Of a DNA stretch of 64,000 nucleotides, positions 54,878 through 64,000 are shown piece after piece; positions within the stretch are counted from its first letter, which is position 1; each line of letters starts with the position of its first letter. A model generated the notes under the pieces. The model was not told the origin of the DNA, did not search any database, and saw only the letters and a list, made by a program, of their open reading frames with translations. The position numbers and the translations under genes are program-made. Source of the stretch: a bacterium (GTDB taxonomy: Bacteria; UBA8248); assembly GCA_965221165.1 (NCBI GenBank), contig CBDCRP010000003.1, forward strand, positions 544,001 through 608,000, written 5' to 3'.

Positions 54878-55381
54878 ATGAAAAAAATGCTTGTCCCGGC
54901 ATTATGTTTCCTGTTTTCCATGGCGTTGGCGTCGGCGTCTTCGGCGGCGGACCTGAAGGTCTCCTTAATGGATTCGGCATGGAACGGCTCAGCCGTGCCC
55001 GACAAGGGAATCTGTAAATACAAGGATGGAGAAGGAATGTCACCGGCCCTCAGAATCTCCAACATTCCCGCCGGAGCGGCGAAAGTGGAGCTTCACTTCA
55101 CGGATGAGGATTGGGATTCCGAGGGTTTTCACGGGGTAGTGGCCGTCAAGGTTCCCGCCGGCGGCAAGAGCGTGGACGTCCCTTCCTTCGAGGGCGAAAC
55201 CCCTAAATTGCCCTCCGGCATCGAATCAATCCGGTCTCATGGATGTTTCGATTGCGATTCGGGAGCGTATCTGGGCCCATGCTCCGGCGGCCGGGACCAC
55301 ACCTATACCGTATATGTCTACGCCATGGATGCGAAAGGCGAGACACTCGCGAAAGGAGAGTTGACGCTCGGCAGCTACTAA
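54878..55381 (+). CDS. Exported PEBP/YbhB-YbcL-like protein
   Basis: Signal peptide; SPALRISNIPAG, YLGPCSGGRDHTY.VYVYA. Confidence 0.75.
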   Translation: MKKMLVPALCFLFSMALASASSAADLKVSLMDSAWNGSAVPDKGICKYKDGEGMSPALRISNIPAGAAKVELHFTDEDWDSEGFHGVVAVKVPAGGKSVDVPSFEGETPKLPSGIESIRSHGCFDCDSGAYLGPCSGGRDHTYTVYVYAMDAKGETLAKGELTLGSY

Positions 55382-55496
55382 AACAAACGGATTAGATTCC
55401 GGCACATCGAGCGAGGAGCGCTCCGTTTTCCCGCAACGCTCCTTCGCCGAAGAATGGCGGGTTTGAGCGGGAACTATCATCCCCGTTTCTTCTGGC

Positions 55497-56372
55497 CTAC
55501 CTCCTCTCTCCCGTCACGAGCCACACGCCCGTCGCCGTCAGGGCGGCGCCGATAAGCAGATGCCATCCCAACCGCTCGCCCAGGTAGAGGGCGCTTCCCA
55601 CCACGCCGACGATAGGCGTCATGAAGAAGAACACCGATATTTTGGCTGGCGAATAGCGGAGCAGCAGATGGCCCCAGTAGGCCAGCAGAAGCGCGCTCGC
55701 AATCACGCCCATGTAAAACACCGCGAAAATCTGCGCGCCGCCGAAATGCGTGACCCCGAAATTGGGCTGAGAGAAAGACAGGAGAAAATAGGTCGGCGCT
55801 CCGATGAGCATGGCCCATCTGGCGATCGAGGTAACGTCGGAATTTCCGAGATACCGGCGGTAGTGGATCGTTTGCGTCGCCCATCCGGCGGCGGCGATCA
55901 GGATGTAGGAATCAGCCTGTAAGGAGCCTCCCGCTTCCAGGCTGTTCGAGAACACCGTCACGGTGCCCGCCATCGCCGTGGCGAAGCCCAGCGCCCGCAC
56001 GAGGGTGATGCGCTCGCCTGTGAGAAACGCGGCGCTCAGGAGCATCACCCAGACGGGTTGCGAGTAGAGCAGCACCGAGGCGCGCGCGGCGGCGGTTCCG
56101 AACATCCCCTGGTAGAGGAACCAGATATAGACGTTGTGCATGAGGGCGTTCAGGATGCGGTGGCCCTTCTCCTTCCAGGGGTCGTGGTGGGTTACCCTGT
56201 CGGGAATGCGCATCAGCAGCCTGTAGAGCGTGAGTGTCAAGACCCCCGTGCAGCAGCGCATCCATATCATGGCGTAGGGGGTGATGCCCGCGTAGGCGCC
56301 CTTGATGACGGGCTGCGCCATGCCCCACACCATCGTGAGGAGCAGCGAGCCCAGCACCAGTTCGAGCGTCAT
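55497..56372 (-). CDS. EamA/DMT family transporter
   Basis: WG..QP.IK, LYSQPVWV, FMTPIVGV, LGE; about 10 TM. Confidence 0.88.
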   Translation of the reverse strand: MTLELVLGSLLLTMVWGMAQPVIKGAYAGITPYAMIWMRCCTGVLTLTLYRLLMRIPDRVTHHDPWKEKGHRILNALMHNVYIWFLYQGMFGTAAARASVLLYSQPVWVMLLSAAFLTGERITLVRALGFATAMAGTVTVFSNSLEAGGSLQADSYILIAAAGWATQTIHYRRYLGNSDVTSIARWAMLIGAPTYFLLSFSQPNFGVTHFGGAQIFAVFYMGVIASALLLAYWGHLLLRYSPAKISVFFFMTPIVGVVGSALYLGERLGWHLLIGAALTATGVWLVTGERR

Positions 56373-56413
56373 GCCCCCATCGGTGGATGATTTCGGGGAG
56401 GCCGGGCGGCTGG

Positions 56414-56824
56414 TCAATCGCTCTCCCCGGAAGCGCTGGGCCGCTCGCATATTTCGATCCGAATGTTCTCGGGCCCCTTGATGAAGGCGATCATGCGGCC
56501 TCCCACGCCCGCGGCCACGGGCGGCATCGAAACCTCCGCGCCGCGTTCTTCCAAGCGGGCGACGCTCGCCGCCACGTCATCCACCGCGACGCCCAGATGG
56601 TCGAGGCCGTGCGTCAGCGCGGGCGCTACGGCGTCTGGTTCATCGCCTGCGCGGTATCCCCTGATACGCAAATCCCCCTCCCCGAGTTTGTAGATGGCGT
56701 AGGGTGCGCCCTTGAATTCTTCTTCGTAGGAGATGAGCTCCAGTTCAAAGATATTCTCAAAGAAATCCGCCATCGCGCGGACGTCGCGCGTCAGGAAGTG
56801 TACGTGGTCGTACCTGAATTCCAC
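56414..56824 (-). CDS. VOC family protein (glyoxalase / methylmalonyl-CoA epimerase-like)
   Basis: YDHVHF, GLDHLGVAVDDV, FIKGPENIRIEI; probable GTG start at 56824. Confidence 0.85.
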   Translation of the reverse strand: MEFRYDHVHFLTRDVRAMADFFENIFELELISYEEEFKGAPYAIYKLGEGDLRIRGYRAGDEPDAVAPALTHGLDHLGVAVDDVAASVARLEERGAEVSMPPVAAGVGGRMIAFIKGPENIRIEICERPSASGESD

Positions 56825-56938
56825 TTGAAACCCTTTTTTGTGATTTTTCATTTTTCCGCACTCGTATTACGCTGAACCGAGAATCCCACAGGAAGCGCCA
56901 CCAACACAAACGATTTTCACTTATCAAAAAGGAACCCC

Positions 56939-57850
56939 ATGCCGAAAACAAAAATCACAGGATGCGAACACCGGGCGCATCACGACGGGGCCGATCTGTT
57001 CTTGTGGAGAAAGCGAAAAGCGGGGCCGGAAAAACCGCGAGGCGTCGTCCTCCTCGCGCACGGCTCGTCCATGGCCTCCACGCCCACTTTCGATCTTCAG
57101 GTGAAAAGCCGGCCCGAATACTCCCTGATGGACTATCTCGCCGAGCGCGGCTACGACGTCTGGTGCGTGGATTGCGAGGGTTACGGCAGATCCACCAAGA
57201 CCAGACGCGTCTCCAGCGGGATCGAGCGCGGCGCAAGGGACCTCCTGGCGGCGGTGAACGAGATCCGGCGAGTCACCAGAAAGAGCGCGCTTCACCTCTA
57301 CGGCATTTCATCCGGCGCGCTGCGGGCCGCTCTTTTCGCGCAGAAAAACCCCGGGCGCGTGAAGCGGCTGATTCTCGACGCTTTCGTATGGACGGGCGAA
57401 GGAAGCCCGACCCTCGCGGTGAGAAGCAAGCGCTTCCAGGGCGTGGCCTCCACGTCGAGAAGACCCGTCGATCCGGCCTTCATCAAGAGCATCTTCACGC
57501 GCGATCATCCCGGCACGGCGTACCGCGACGTCATCGATGAATTCGCAAAAGCCATCTGCGCGCTCGACGACACGATTCCCAACGGCACGTATATCGACAT
57601 GTGCGAGCGCCTGCCGCTGGTGAACCCCAAGAAGATCACCGCTTCGGTGATGATTACGCGCGGGCAGTTCGACGGCATCGCCCATCTCGACGATCTGCTG
57701 GAATTCTTCAGGCTGCTGCCGAACCCGGACAAGCAGTTCGTCATGATGCCCGGCATCGCCCACGCCAGCCTGCAGGAGAAGAACCACGGAATCGTCTATT
57801 ATCTCATCGAGCGGTTTTTCAGCCAGCCGGACCCGATTTTCAAGGGCTGA
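56939..57850 (+). CDS. Alpha/beta hydrolase
   Basis: LAHGSS, DCEGYGRS, GISSG, RGQFDG, GIAH. Confidence 0.88.
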   Translation: MPKTKITGCEHRAHHDGADLFLWRKRKAGPEKPRGVVLLAHGSSMASTPTFDLQVKSRPEYSLMDYLAERGYDVWCVDCEGYGRSTKTRRVSSGIERGARDLLAAVNEIRRVTRKSALHLYGISSGALRAALFAQKNPGRVKRLILDAFVWTGEGSPTLAVRSKRFQGVASTSRRPVDPAFIKSIFTRDHPGTAYRDVIDEFAKAICALDDTIPNGTYIDMCERLPLVNPKKITASVMITRGQFDGIAHLDDLLEFFRLLPNPDKQFVMMPGIAHASLQEKNHGIVYYLIERFFSQPDPIFKG

Positions 57851-58020
57851 AGTCCTGGATGACCGAGAATCCGCGGGCTTCGCCGAACCCCGCCCCTCGC
57901 TTGATTCGGGCGGGGCAATGGGGCTAGATTAAGGCCATCTAATCTTACAGATGGCAGGGGCGAGGACGCCCCCATCGAAAGGCGAACGAATTCTTATCCC
58001 TCAAGCAGAAAGGCGCTTCC

Positions 58021-58842
58021 ATGGAAACCCAAAACTGGTATTCCGTAAACGAATTCGCACCGAACAGCTACCAAATCACCGAGGGCGGCCGCTTCAACAT
58101 GCTCCTCCTGGTGGGAGACGACAAGGCGGTCGCCATCGACGGCGGCATCGGCATCGCGAATTTGAGGAAACTCTACGAGAGCATCACGGACAAGCCCATC
58201 GACTTCATCGCCACCCACACGCACTGGGATCACCTGGGCGCGGCTTCGCAATGGGAGAAAATAGGCGTTCACCCCGTCGGCAAGAGCCTACTCGCCAACG
58301 ATTTCTCGAAACTCGAACAAGGCTTCTTGAACATGTGGAAGAACAACGGGAACACCTTCCCCGAGTGGTTCGACGAGGCGGCCTACACCATCAAGCCCGC
58401 CACGTTCGGCTGGACGCTCGATGAGGGCGACACCTTCGACTTGGGGAACAGGAAGTTTCACGCCTACTACACGCCCGGTCACTCGCCGTGCAGCATCTCG
58501 CTCTATGACGAGCGCGAGAAGATTCTCGTCTCGGGCGATCTGATTCGCTGTGAGGAATACCTCTTTCTCCAGGTGCCCACGGCGGTGCTCTCCGATTATG
58601 CGCCCTCGCTGCGCAAGCTCGAGAAAGTCGCTGCGGAGAACGAGGTGCGCTGGATCACATCGGGTCATACCGACCCCTATCCGGATTCTTCCATCATCGG
58701 CGAGATGGCGCAGAACATGGAGGACTTGGAGGCGGGGGTGCACGACCCGCCCGCCAAGGTGGACGGCGGCATGTGGGGCGAGGTGGACGAGTACGTGTTC
58801 CCCCGCGTCAAGGTGTGGATTCAGGATCACGCGAGAAAGTAA
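58021..58842 (+). CDS. Metallo-beta-lactamase fold hydrolase (paralog 1)
   Basis: THTHWDHLG, TPGHSPCS, SGD, SGH. Confidence 0.9.
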   Translation: METQNWYSVNEFAPNSYQITEGGRFNMLLLVGDDKAVAIDGGIGIANLRKLYESITDKPIDFIATHTHWDHLGAASQWEKIGVHPVGKSLLANDFSKLEQGFLNMWKNNGNTFPEWFDEAAYTIKPATFGWTLDEGDTFDLGNRKFHAYYTPGHSPCSISLYDEREKILVSGDLIRCEEYLFLQVPTAVLSDYAPSLRKLEKVAAENEVRWITSGHTDPYPDSSIIGEMAQNMEDLEAGVHDPPAKVDGGMWGEVDEYVFPRVKVWIQDHARK

Positions 58843-58861
58843 CCCGAATAGACGAGACGCC

Positions 58862-59680
58862 ATGGACACGCAAGACTGGTATGAGGTCATCGAGTTCGCG
58901 CCGGGCGCCTATCAGATATCAGAGGCCGGGCGGTGGAACATGTTCCTCCTCGTGGGAGAGGAGAAGGCCCTCTCGCTCGACGGCGGAATCGGCGTGGGCA
59001 GCGTCCGCAGGCTATGCGAGTCGATTACCGACCTGCCTGTGGAGCACGTCTTGACCCACACGCACTGGGATCACGTGGGCGCGGTGCATGAATGGGAGTC
59101 GGTGGGTGTTCACCCGAACGGCAAGGATAAGCTGGCGAACGACTACACCGCGGGTTGCCGCGATTTCGTCAAAACCTGGGACGGCAAACCCTTTCCCGAA
59201 AGGTTCGACCCCGATACCTTCACCATACCGCCCGGAAAGTTCGGCTGGGCGGTGTCCGAAGGCGACACAATCGACCTCGGCGGCAGGAAAATTCATGTCT
59301 ACGACACGCCGGGCCACTCGCCGTGCAGCATCTCCTTTTATGACGAGAAAGAGCGCGTGCTTATCACAGGCGATCTGGTGAAGCCCGGCCAGCCGCTGTT
59401 CATTCAGGTGCCGACGGCCGTCTTGTCCGAATATGGACCCACGATGCGGAGGCTGGAGAAAATCGCGGTGGAAAACGACGCGAAATTCGTCTGCTCGGGC
59501 CATACCGACCCGTGCGAGGATATCGCCGTCATCGGGCGAATGGCGCGGTTCGTGGAGGAAGTGGCGGCGGGCGAACACGACCCGCCCGCCAAGGTGGAAG
59601 CCGGCAAGTGGGGCGTGGTCGATGAGTACGTCGCGGATGGTTTCAAGGTATGGACGAACGATAATGCGAGAAGAAAATAG
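58862..59680 (+). CDS. Metallo-beta-lactamase fold hydrolase (paralog 2)
   Basis: ATG at 58862 (MDTQDWYEV); THTHWDHVG, TPGHSPCS, TGD, SGH. Confidence 0.9.
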   Translation: MDTQDWYEVIEFAPGAYQISEAGRWNMFLLVGEEKALSLDGGIGVGSVRRLCESITDLPVEHVLTHTHWDHVGAVHEWESVGVHPNGKDKLANDYTAGCRDFVKTWDGKPFPERFDPDTFTIPPGKFGWAVSEGDTIDLGGRKIHVYDTPGHSPCSISFYDEKERVLITGDLVKPGQPLFIQVPTAVLSEYGPTMRRLEKIAVENDAKFVCSGHTDPCEDIAVIGRMARFVEEVAAGEHDPPAKVEAGKWGVVDEYVADGFKVWTNDNARRK

Positions 59681-59696
59681 CGGAGGGTAGATTCAA

Positions 59697-61643
59697 GTGA
59701 ACGCCTCGGACATCATTTGGCGGCCGGATGAGGATTTTCTCACGAACAGCCACGTCGCCAAGCTGATGAAAAAGCTCGGCATCTCGGATTACCGCGAGTT
59801 TCTGCGCTGGTCGGTCGAGGACATCCGCCGCTTCTGGGAGGTCGTGCTGGAAGACATGGGGCTTGAATGGTACAGGCCTTATGATGAGCTTCTCGATTTG
59901 AGCGGCGGCTTCCCGTGGGCGAAGTGGTTTATCGGCGGGGAGACGAACATCGTCCTGAACTGCATCGACCGCCATCTGGAGAACGGCCGCAAGGATCAGA
60001 CCGCCCTCGTCTGGGAGAGCGATGGCGGAGAAACCCGCACGTTCACCTACGCCGAACTCTCCGCGGAGGTATCGCGCCTTGCGAACGCCATGCGTGAGAT
60101 GGGCCTGAAACCCGGCGACGTGGCGGGCGTGTTCCTCCCCATGGTGCCCGAAGCGGCCATCGTCATGTACGCCTGCTTCAAGACGGGGGTGGCCGTGCTG
60201 CCCGTCTTCTCGGGCTTCGGCCCCGAGGGTCTGGCCGAGCGCCTCATACACGCGGAAGCGCGCATCCTCTTCACGGTGGACGGCGCCGTTCGCAGGGGTA
60301 AGAAAGTTCCCCTGAAGGGCACGGTGGACGCGGCGCTCGAGCGCGGCACGACGGTAGAAAAAGTGGTCGTCCTCGAACGCTCGGGCGACGCCGTTCCCAT
60401 GCAGGAGGGGCGCGACGTCACCTGGGATGATTTCGTCGATGGACAATCGACCGAAGCCGAGACCGCGCGGCTTCCCGCCGACGCCGTCTCGATGATCATG
60501 TACACCTCGGGCACCACCGGCAAGCCCAAGGGCGCCGTCTACACCCACGCAGGGCTGATGAGCGGCCCGGGGCGCGAACTCAAGTATTGCCTCGACATGC
60601 GAGACGGCGACACGGTCTTCTGGGTCACGGACTTCGGGTGGGTCATGGCGCCCTATGAACTCGTGGGTTCTCACTTCAGCGGCCATTCGTGCCTGCTCTA
60701 TGAGAGCGTGCCGAACCACCCCGCGCCCGACAGGCTGTGGCGGATCATCGCCAGACACGGGGTCACCCACCTGGGCCTTTCGCCCACGGCGGTGCGCGTG
60801 CTGATCAGCGCGGGCGATGAGTGGGTGGAAGGCCACGATCTTTCTTCGCTCAGGGTGCTGGGTTCCACGGGCGAACCCTGGGACCCGGAATCCTACATGT
60901 GGTATTTCAACAAGGTGGGCGGCGGAAGGTGCCCCGTCATGAACATATCGGGCGGCACGGAAATAGGCGCCTGCCTCTTACAACCCCTGCCCGTCATGGA
61001 CCTCACCCCGTGCACGCTGGGCGCCCCCTCCATGGGCACGGACACCGACGTGTTCGGAGAAGACGCCAAGCCGATTCGCGGCGAAGTGGGCCACCTGGTG
61101 CTCAAACAGCCCCTCCCCTCGCTCACCAACGGCTTCTGGAAGGAGCCCGATCGCTACCTCGAAACCTATTTCTCGCGCTGGGATGGAGTGTGGTACCACG
61201 GCGACTGGGCCAAGGTGGACGAAAAGGGACTCTGGTATCTCTACGGCCGCTCGGACGACACCATCAAGGTGTCGGGCAAGCGCGTGGGGCCGAACGAAAT
61301 AGAATCGGAACTCATCAAGCATCCCGGCGTCATCGAGGCCGCCGTCGTGGGAACGCCGCACCCGGTGAAGGGAGAGGGTTTAACCTGTTTCGTCGTCATG
61401 CACGACACCTATCAGCCGAGCGACGCCCTGCGCGAGGAATTAAAAGATCAGGCGGTGAAATATCTCGGCAAGAGCCTGAGGCCCGATGAGGTCAGGTTCG
61501 TCAAAGCCCTGCCCAAGACGCGTTCCGCCAAAATCGTGCGCAACGCGATCAAGAAAGTCTACCTGGGCGAGCCGGTGGATCACATGGATCTCAACTCGCT
61601 CGAAAACCCCGCCCACCTGGACGCCATCAAGGAGGCGGTGTAG
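59697..61643 (+). CDS. AMP-forming acyl-CoA synthetase (acetate-CoA ligase family), paralog 1
   Basis: YTSGTTGKPKG, GSTGEP, SGGTE, YHGD, GRSDD, LPKTRSAKI. Confidence 0.92.
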   Translation: MNASDIIWRPDEDFLTNSHVAKLMKKLGISDYREFLRWSVEDIRRFWEVVLEDMGLEWYRPYDELLDLSGGFPWAKWFIGGETNIVLNCIDRHLENGRKDQTALVWESDGGETRTFTYAELSAEVSRLANAMREMGLKPGDVAGVFLPMVPEAAIVMYACFKTGVAVLPVFSGFGPEGLAERLIHAEARILFTVDGAVRRGKKVPLKGTVDAALERGTTVEKVVVLERSGDAVPMQEGRDVTWDDFVDGQSTEAETARLPADAVSMIMYTSGTTGKPKGAVYTHAGLMSGPGRELKYCLDMRDGDTVFWVTDFGWVMAPYELVGSHFSGHSCLLYESVPNHPAPDRLWRIIARHGVTHLGLSPTAVRVLISAGDEWVEGHDLSSLRVLGSTGEPWDPESYMWYFNKVGGGRCPVMNISGGTEIGACLLQPLPVMDLTPCTLGAPSMGTDTDVFGEDAKPIRGEVGHLVLKQPLPSLTNGFWKEPDRYLETYFSRWDGVWYHGDWAKVDEKGLWYLYGRSDDTIKVSGKRVGPNEIESELIKHPGVIEAAVVGTPHPVKGEGLTCFVVMHDTYQPSDALREELKDQAVKYLGKSLRPDEVRFVKALPKTRSAKIVRNAIKKVYLGEPVDHMDLNSLENPAHLDAIKEAV

Positions 61644-61645
61644 CG

Positions 61646-63589
61646 ATGCCCGAAGACATCATCTGGCGGCCCAATGAGGATTTTCTCCAAAACTCGAACG
61701 TCGCCCGCTTCATGAAGAAACACGATCTGGCGAGCTACGAGGAGTTGCTCGATTTTTTCAGAGAAGACGTCGCCCGCTTCTGGGAGGCGATTGAAAAGGA
61801 CATGGGCGTCTCCTGGTACAGGCGCTATGACCGGATAATGGACCCATCGGGCGGACTGCCCTGGACGAAGTGGTTCCTGGGCGGGGAGCTCAACATCGTC
61901 CACAACTGCATCGACAGGCACTTAGAGACCCCCACGCGCGATAAGACGGCTCTCGTCTGGGAGGGGGACGGCGGCGAAGTCCGCCGCTACACCTATGCCG
62001 AGATGAACGCGCAAGTCTGCCGCCTCGCGAACGCCATGCGCGGGATGGGGATGCGCCCCGGAGAAAGTGCCGGCATCTTCATGCCCATGATCCCAGAGAC
62101 CGTCTTCGCCATGTTCGCGTGTCTCAAGATCGGCGTCGTCGCGATTCCCATCTTCTCTGGCTTCGGCCCCGAGGCCGTCGCAGAGCGTCTCGATCACGCC
62201 GAGGCGCGGCTCGTGTTCACCTCGAACGGCGGGATGCGCCGGGGCAAGGAAGTGGGCGTAAAAGCCCTGATGGATCAGGCGCTACAAGCCGGGACCCGGG
62301 TCGAGAAAGTCGTCGTCTTCCAAAGAACCGAAACGAGCGTCCCCATGCAGGCCGGGCGAGACGTTTATTGGGATGATTTTGTACGAGGCCAACCCGAGGA
62401 GGCAGAAACCGAGCGCCTGCCCGCCGAGGCCCACTCACTCATCATCTACACCTCGGGCACCACGGGAAAGCCGAAAGGCACGGTGCACACCCACGCGGGC
62501 TGCATGCTCAACGTGTCCAAGGAGATCCGCTACTGCATGGACCTGCGCGATTCGGACGTCTTGTTCTGGGTGACGGACATCGGCTGGATGATGGGTCCGT
62601 GGGAGATGATAGGCGTTCAGTTCGGGGGCGGCACTTATCTCATCTACGATGGCGCGCCCAACTGGCCCGAACCCGACAGGCTCTGGAAACTCCTGAGTGA
62701 TCACGGGGTGAGCATCTTCGGCGTCTCGCCCACCGCCGTGAGGCTGCTCATCAGCCTGGGCGATGAATGGGTGGAAAAACACGATCTCTCCTCGCTGCGC
62801 GTGCTGGGTTCGACGGGCGAGCCCTGGGACCCCGAATCCTACATGTGGTATTTCGAAAAAGTCGGCGGCAGTCGGTGCCCCGTCATGAACATATCGGGCG
62901 GCACCGAGCTTTGCGGCTGCATACTCCAGCCCTACCCCATCGTTCCGCTCACGCCGTGCTCCCTGGGCGGCCCGGCCCTGGGCTCGGACGCCGACGTGTT
63001 CAACGAAGAGGGCGAGCCCGTGCGCGGGGAAATCGGCCATCTCGTGTTAAAGCAGTCCGTCCCCTCGATGACCAAGGGTTTTCTGAAAGACGATGCGCGC
63101 TTCATCGAGACCTATTTCACCCGCTGGCCGGACGTCTGGTACCACGGCGACTGGGCGCGCGTGGACGAGGACGGGCAGTGGTATCTCTTCGGCCGATCGG
63201 ACGACACCATCAACATCGCGGGCAAGCGCGTGGGACCCGCCGAGGTGGAGGCCGCCCTCATCGGGCATCCCGCCGTGGTGGAGGCCGCCGTCATCGGCGC
63301 GCCGCACCCCATCAAAGGCGAGGGTCTTTGCTGTTTCGTGGTGCCGGCGGCGGGCCATGAGCCGAGCGACGCGCTCCGTGAGGAACTAAAAGAAGAGACC
63401 GTGAAATATCTGGGAAAAAGCCTGCGTCCCGAAGAAGTAAAATTCGTCGAGGCGCTGCCCAAGACGCGCTCGGCCAAGATCGTGCGCGGCGCCATCAAGA
63501 AGGTCTATCTGGGAGAGGACCCCGCGAACATCGACACCTCTTCCATCGAGGCGCCGGAGTTTCTACACGCCATCAAGGAGGCGCGATGA
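61646..63589 (+). CDS. AMP-forming acyl-CoA synthetase (acetate-CoA ligase family), paralog 2
   Basis: YTSGTTGKPKG, GSTGEP, SGGTE, YHGD, GRSDD, LPKTRSAKI. Confidence 0.92.
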   Translation: MPEDIIWRPNEDFLQNSNVARFMKKHDLASYEELLDFFREDVARFWEAIEKDMGVSWYRRYDRIMDPSGGLPWTKWFLGGELNIVHNCIDRHLETPTRDKTALVWEGDGGEVRRYTYAEMNAQVCRLANAMRGMGMRPGESAGIFMPMIPETVFAMFACLKIGVVAIPIFSGFGPEAVAERLDHAEARLVFTSNGGMRRGKEVGVKALMDQALQAGTRVEKVVVFQRTETSVPMQAGRDVYWDDFVRGQPEEAETERLPAEAHSLIIYTSGTTGKPKGTVHTHAGCMLNVSKEIRYCMDLRDSDVLFWVTDIGWMMGPWEMIGVQFGGGTYLIYDGAPNWPEPDRLWKLLSDHGVSIFGVSPTAVRLLISLGDEWVEKHDLSSLRVLGSTGEPWDPESYMWYFEKVGGSRCPVMNISGGTELCGCILQPYPIVPLTPCSLGGPALGSDADVFNEEGEPVRGEIGHLVLKQSVPSMTKGFLKDDARFIETYFTRWPDVWYHGDWARVDEDGQWYLFGRSDDTINIAGKRVGPAEVEAALIGHPAVVEAAVIGAPHPIKGEGLCCFVVPAAGHEPSDALREELKEETVKYLGKSLRPEEVKFVEALPKTRSAKIVRGAIKKVYLGEDPANIDTSSIEAPEFLHAIKEAR

Positions 63590-63590
63590 A

Positions 63591-63848
63591 ATGGCGCTCC
63601 TCAACTGCCCCGAATGCGGGGGTCTCCTGAGCACGGAAGCCGCGTCCTGCCCGCACTGCGGCTATCCTTTGAGAAAAGGCGGGATCGGGGGCGTCTTCCA
63701 CGCCATTGCCCAGATCCCGTGTTTCATCGCCGGCCTGATTCTCATCTTCATCGCGCTCTTCATCGCCCTGATCCTTCTGGACGTCTATTACTTCCACGGC
63801 CTGATCCCCGGATTGTTCGGGGTCGAGACTCACGTCTCCAAATTCTAA
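63591..63848 (+). CDS. Zinc-ribbon membrane protein
   Basis: MALLNCPECG...SCPHCGYP followed by a TM helix. Confidence 0.75.
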   Translation: MALLNCPECGGLLSTEAASCPHCGYPLRKGGIGGVFHAIAQIPCFIAGLILIFIALFIALILLDVYYFHGLIPGLFGVETHVSKF

Positions 63849-63926
63849 ACGCATGCGTACGGAGTTGTTGAAAAAGTCCCCCAAACAGGGAATGGATTTC
63901 TCAATCGACATACACTTATGAAATGG

Positions 63927-63962
63927 CTCCCCCTTGAGAGTCGAGCACCCTCAAGGGGGGAG
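63927..63962. repeat. GC-rich intergenic hairpin (REP- or terminator-like)
   Basis: CTCCCCCTTGAG / CTCAAGGGGGGAG. Confidence 0.45.
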
Positions 63963-64000
63963 TAATTTTCCTCTCTCCCCGGTCGGCTAAATTCGCCAAA

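Noticed and set aside
58021-59680. Antibiotic-resistance beta-lactamases
   Set aside because: No signal peptides and operonic with acyl-CoA synthetases; generic MBL-fold hydrolases

Overview
GC-rich bacterial chromosomal window, about 58 CDS, dominated by transport and catabolism genes. I see no rRNA, tRNA, CRISPR array, integrase or transposase. In order: (i) a MoxR/CbbQ-type AAA+ ATPase (partial), VWA protein, YqeC, XdhC and ComF; (ii) a small AT-rich insert where a rhuM fragment is fused in frame to a 147-bp duplicate of the pdxA 3' end; (iii) pdxA, a split ThDP decarboxylase, HAD, two quinone reductases, DUF1194, TPR, CCA enzyme and pyrR; (iv) the top candidate system (17.9-29.5 kb): carbamate kinase, cyanuric-acid-type ring-opening amidohydrolase (AtzD), a BMP-family ABC importer, a cyclase-family hydrolase and an FdrA/DUF1116 (AllF/AllG- or YahF/YahG-like) pair. 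This suggests ATP-conserving, phosphorolytic breakdown of a cyclic ureide instead of the hydrolytic biuret/allophanate route; (v) a Liv-type SBP/permease/DapA-like operon behind a structured ~270-nt leader with a terminator (riboswitch or attenuator candidate); (vi) DMT exporters, an RHH-PIN toxin-antitoxin pair, a hydrolase, a CoA-transferase and a membrane-anchored HNH protein; (vii) a TAXI-TRAP, VOC, 2-hydroxyacid dehydrogenase, citrate synthase, aconitase, PrpF operon, interrupted by a foreign gene flanked by a 29-bp duplication of a gene start; (viii) tandem MBL hydrolases and tandem acyl-CoA synthetases. Two REP-like palindrome families are dispersed in intergenic regions. All calls come from motif recognition by eye; no searches were run.
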